Source: Octopus bimaculoides
Taxonomy: Eukaryota
Direction of reading: 5' to 3'
DNA: 35,861 nt
Assembly (NCBI RefSeq): GCF_001194135.2
Contig: NC_068991.1
Coordinates: 24,971,898-25,007,758 of the forward strand
The notes beneath the pieces are model-generated. The model searched no databases, was not told the DNA's origin, and was given only the letters and a program-made list of their open reading frames with translations. Made by a program: the position numbers and the translations under genes. Positions 32,583 to 35,861 of this stretch are shown one piece after another; positions within the stretch are counted from its first letter, which is position 1; each line of letters starts with the position of its first letter.

Positions 32583-33269
32583 CGTACCTGCATCATTCTA
32601 CATTTGTTTTACTATGCTTACATGTTTTGCGTTGGTCTAGTACAGCATCTTGATGAGTCCTTTGTTGTCTTGTTCAAATAGGGTTTGTCATCTTGAGATC
32701 AGTCTTCGTCGTGTCACCTTTAGACTTTGGGAGTTTTCCTCTTTTGCAGGTTTCTCACATTTTGATTGATTGTTACTAGTTTACACACACGTGCACACAC
32801 ACACACACACATGTATACACATACATACAAATATATAACACACAAACATGTGTATATTTACTTATACACACACACGATCAAAAAGTGTTTGTTCCCATCA
32901 TTATGTTAAATTGCTGTGGAAATTGGGGCTAGGGTTCTCGTGTTGTGGATTAGGGTTCTCTATGGAAGAGTGATCAAGAAACAGCCAATGGAAGTGAAAG
33001 CAAGAGATCAAATGGAGAGTGTGTTTGGGTATGTGCATGTGTATATTTTTATATATATATGTGTGTGTGTGTATTATTCTCTAGCAAGGACAATATTGGT
33101 AGTGACTTCAATTCTTGTTAAAGAATAATAAATTTGCATTTTACAAAAGTATGGAATACTCCTTCAGATTAATGTAAAATTGTTTTTACTGTAACTGAAT
33201 GTAAAGACAAACAGAGATATACATGTACACACACACATATTCATGCGTTTACATATACACAAATGCATG

Positions 33270-33323
<54 letters not shown>

Positions 33324-33334
33324 CTGTGCACACG

Positions 33335-33530
33335 TTTGAATGTGGTGTGTGCCAGAGGGTTTGCAAATCCAATGGGGGGTCTTAAAAGACATGTTAGGAT
33401 CCACAATGAGCAGAACTTACTTGCAGGTATTGGTAGTGCAAATCAGAGGTGCAATCTGTGTGGGTGTTTTTTCAAAACACTGTCTGGTTTAAAAAGCCAC
33501 ATCAGACGCCATGAAAGGGCTAAGGTGTAG
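33335..33530 (+). pseudogene. Double C2H2 zinc-finger fragment with a +1 frameshift (probable RTE/BovB-type LINE C-terminus)
   Basis: Removing one G from the G6 run at 33374-33379 gives FECGVCQRVCKSNGGLKRHVRIH-NEQNLLAGIGSANQR-CNLCGCFFKTLSGLKSHIRRH-ERAKV*. There is no TGEKP linker and no splice acceptor, and the fragment abuts (TG)n. Confidence 0.6.
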
Positions 33531-33729
33531 GTGNNNNNNNNNNNNNNNNNNNNNNNNNNNNNNNNNNNNNNNNNNNNNNNNNNNNNNNNNNNNNNNNNNN
33601 NNNNNNNNNNNNNNNNNNNNNNNNNNNNNNNNNNNNNNNNNNNNNNNNNNNNNNNNNNNNNNNNNNNNNNNNNNNNNNNNNNNNNNNNNNNNNNNNNNNN
33701 NNNNNNNNNNNNNNNNNNNNNNNNNNNNN

Positions 33730-33794
<65 letters not shown>

Positions 33795-34035
33795 CACACA
33801 TTTATTTTACTTTGTATACTGATATATATGTGCATTTATATATCGGTCTACGTAACCAGACTACTTTCTTTCTCCCCCTTTGTTTTCCATGTCTCTTTCT
33901 TTCTCTTCATCTTACAGTCTATCTTGTTTCTCTTTGTCTGATTTGCATTTCCCACCATTCTTGCTGCTATTTAACCCGCATGTGATATATATTTCCAATC
34001 AAAAACCCAAACAATCCATTTTCTTTATTCCCTAG

Positions 34036-34125
34036 ATCGGAACTATGATGCCAGAATGTCTCCTATGGGTCAGTCAGTTTTTTTTGAAGTGGACCACTTG
34101 GCAACATTCACAGTTACTCATGAAG
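34036..34125 (+). CDS. Candidate internal coding exon, 90 bp, product unidentified
   Basis: Acceptor ccattttctttattccctag| and consensus donor GAAG|GTGAGT. Non-repetitive and more GC-rich than its flanks. The phase-1 frame is open: xRNYDARMSPMGQSVFFEVDHLATFTVTHE(G). The phase-0 frame is also open. Confidence 0.5.
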
Positions 34126-34727
34126 GTGAGTTTAAATTCCTCATTTTGTCCCATGGCATTTCCGAGCTAACAACCTTTTTTTGTTGATTTATTTTAGTAA
34201 ACAACCAGGATACTGGCTGTTCAAAACTCTTACCATTCCTCTCTGACTAATTACTTCATATTCTTTTAGTCCTTCATTGGTTTCAGTCTTTGAGCTACTG
34301 TGCTATTCTGGGAATATTCTCTTCAAGGGTTTTATTCCTTCTTCACTTTCAGTATGCTCTGCCTGATATTCATCTTAGGCTTAGTGATCTCAGAAAGAAG
34401 AATAGTGAAGAGGATTTAGCTGTCAAGGGATGTAATGAAAAAAATTGATGAGATACAGTCTGGCTCCGCACGACATTTCCCTGTTTGATGCTCTAGTGAT
34501 TTTATTCTTCCTGATAATTTTGTATGTGAGTGTGTGTATGTGTATATATTTCTGTACACACACACACACACAATGTGTGTGTGTGTATGTATATATGTAT
34601 GTATGTATANNNNNNNNNNACACACAATGTGTGTGTGTGTATGTATATATGTATGTATGTATATATGTATATATACGTATGTATTTGTAAGTATATGTAT
34701 GTATGCATACACACATATATGTATATA

Positions 34728-34775
<48 letters not shown>

Positions 34776-35106
34776 CATGTCTGTGTGTTTATGTAAATAC
34801 ACACACGTCTGTGTCTCTAATCTGACTTCAAAAAAAAAAAAAACAAGCAAAGCATAATTCTGCTTTGATTCTATTAGGTTTCTAATCATCATCATTTACT
34901 TTTTCATGGTTGCATGGGTCAGATGGAATCCATTAAAATAAATTTTCTACAACTTGATGCGCTTCACCTGCTTCCAAGTAAAGTAATATTTCCCCATGGT
35001 TGAACATGGAAGTCTGGAAATGAAACACTCCATTTGTATGACAGCGACACTCATTTACATTAGTCATGTGATGTGAAAGCAAAAGACACAAAAACACAAA
35101 CATCCA

Positions 35107-35237
35107 CTTCTTTTAGTTTCTGTCTCTCAAATCCACTCACACAGATTTGGTTGGCCCAGGGTTATAGCTGAAAATACTTGGCCAAGGTGCTACTCAGTAG
35201 GACTGAACTTAAAATCATATGGCTGGAAAGCAAACCT
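35107..35237 (-). mobile_element. SINE family A, degenerate 5' half
   Basis: ttcttttagtttctg...aatccactcac...ggttatagctgaaaatacttggccaaggtgc...ggactgaact. Confidence 0.7.
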
Positions 35238-35247
35238 TTTTTGACAG

Positions 35248-35326
35248 GCCTCAGATGCCCTTTTCAAGAATGTGATATAGACAAATTGAAAGATCTGGTC
35301 CTTTGTGTTATTAGCAGTGCTAAATG
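35248..35326 (+). CDS. Weak candidate exon, 79 bp, phase-compatible with 34036-34125
   Basis: Acceptor cctttttttgacag| and donor ATG|GTAAAT. The only open frame is phase 1: (G)LRCPFQECDIDKLKDLVLCVISSAK. The acceptor abuts a SINE remnant. Confidence 0.25.
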
Positions 35327-35861
35327 GTAAATAATACTAAAAAGTTTTTCCCCTCTCAGAATAATGGAATAATGGAATGGCTATTGTCTAGCTGCATCTT
35401 CTCAGTTTTACAGGAATTTCACATTCCATTCATTGGTATTTCCTTTCATATACTGTTCCATTGTATTGAATAGACAGTCTTCTACTTTTCTATTGTATTT
35501 TCTGAAACTAGTGAATGTTTCAGCTGCTGCTGTTATTACAGCAATATTGAGGGCAGTGTATTACAGAACTAATAAAATGCTAGATACTATTGGAGTAACT
35601 TCACTGAAATCCTGTTTATAGGAACGTACTGAAAGGACTGAGAGCAGACACTTTCCTCTTCAGTCAAAATCCTACTTCACTGCCTTTTTGAGGTCCATTT
35701 GCGAATAAAGATGAGGACAGACAAGCTGCTGCTCTCCAGCAAACTTATTGGAGGTGGAAAAGGTGGAGCCAAATGAAAGGACATACTCTCATCTTGCACC
35801 TGTAGGCCAGAAAATGAGAACTAGTGGAGGCTCAGGGCAAATCTAGATTTGTGGGGCTCAT

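Noticed and set aside
34034-34042. AGATCGGAA as a second adapter
   Set aside because: The match is only 9 nt, it diverges immediately, and it is not at a contig end.
34566-34663. 44-bp direct repeat around a 10-N gap
   Set aside because: Identical sequence on both sides of a minimal gap is typical of an unmerged contig overlap.
35560-35861. GC-richer end segment as an exon
   Set aside because: All frames are interrupted and the phases do not fit the upstream candidates. It cannot be resolved at the window edge.

Overview
AT-rich, repeat-dense animal genomic DNA from a short-read draft assembly (11 N-gaps, about 3 kb; an Illumina adapter remnant at 7895-7910). The SINE families, RTE (GAT)n tails and heavy microsatellite load suggest an octopus genome; this is inference. 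No complete host gene is visible. The window looks intronic or intergenic, with one good candidate 90-bp exon (34036-34125) and a weaker phase-compatible partner (35248-35326). Most long ORFs in the track are artefacts of microsatellites or N-gaps. Recognisable content: RTE LINE fragments (APE/RT, thumb, C-terminus, several 3' UTRs), a Penelope-like GIY-YIG fragment, an R4/Dong-type REL fragment in (TAA)n, at least four tRNA-headed SINE families (three copies with clean 12-14 bp TSDs), a Helitron-like element with both ends, hAT and mariner-type MITEs, and a frameshifted double C2H2 finger. The most notable signal is four hammerhead-ribozyme-like motifs, all CTGATGA-A-GG plus a stem II. Two of them form a ~90-bp inverted repeat that encloses a copied piece of neighbouring DNA. 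All four look mutated, so they are probably relics of Penelope-type or retrozyme-type elements rather than active ribozymes.
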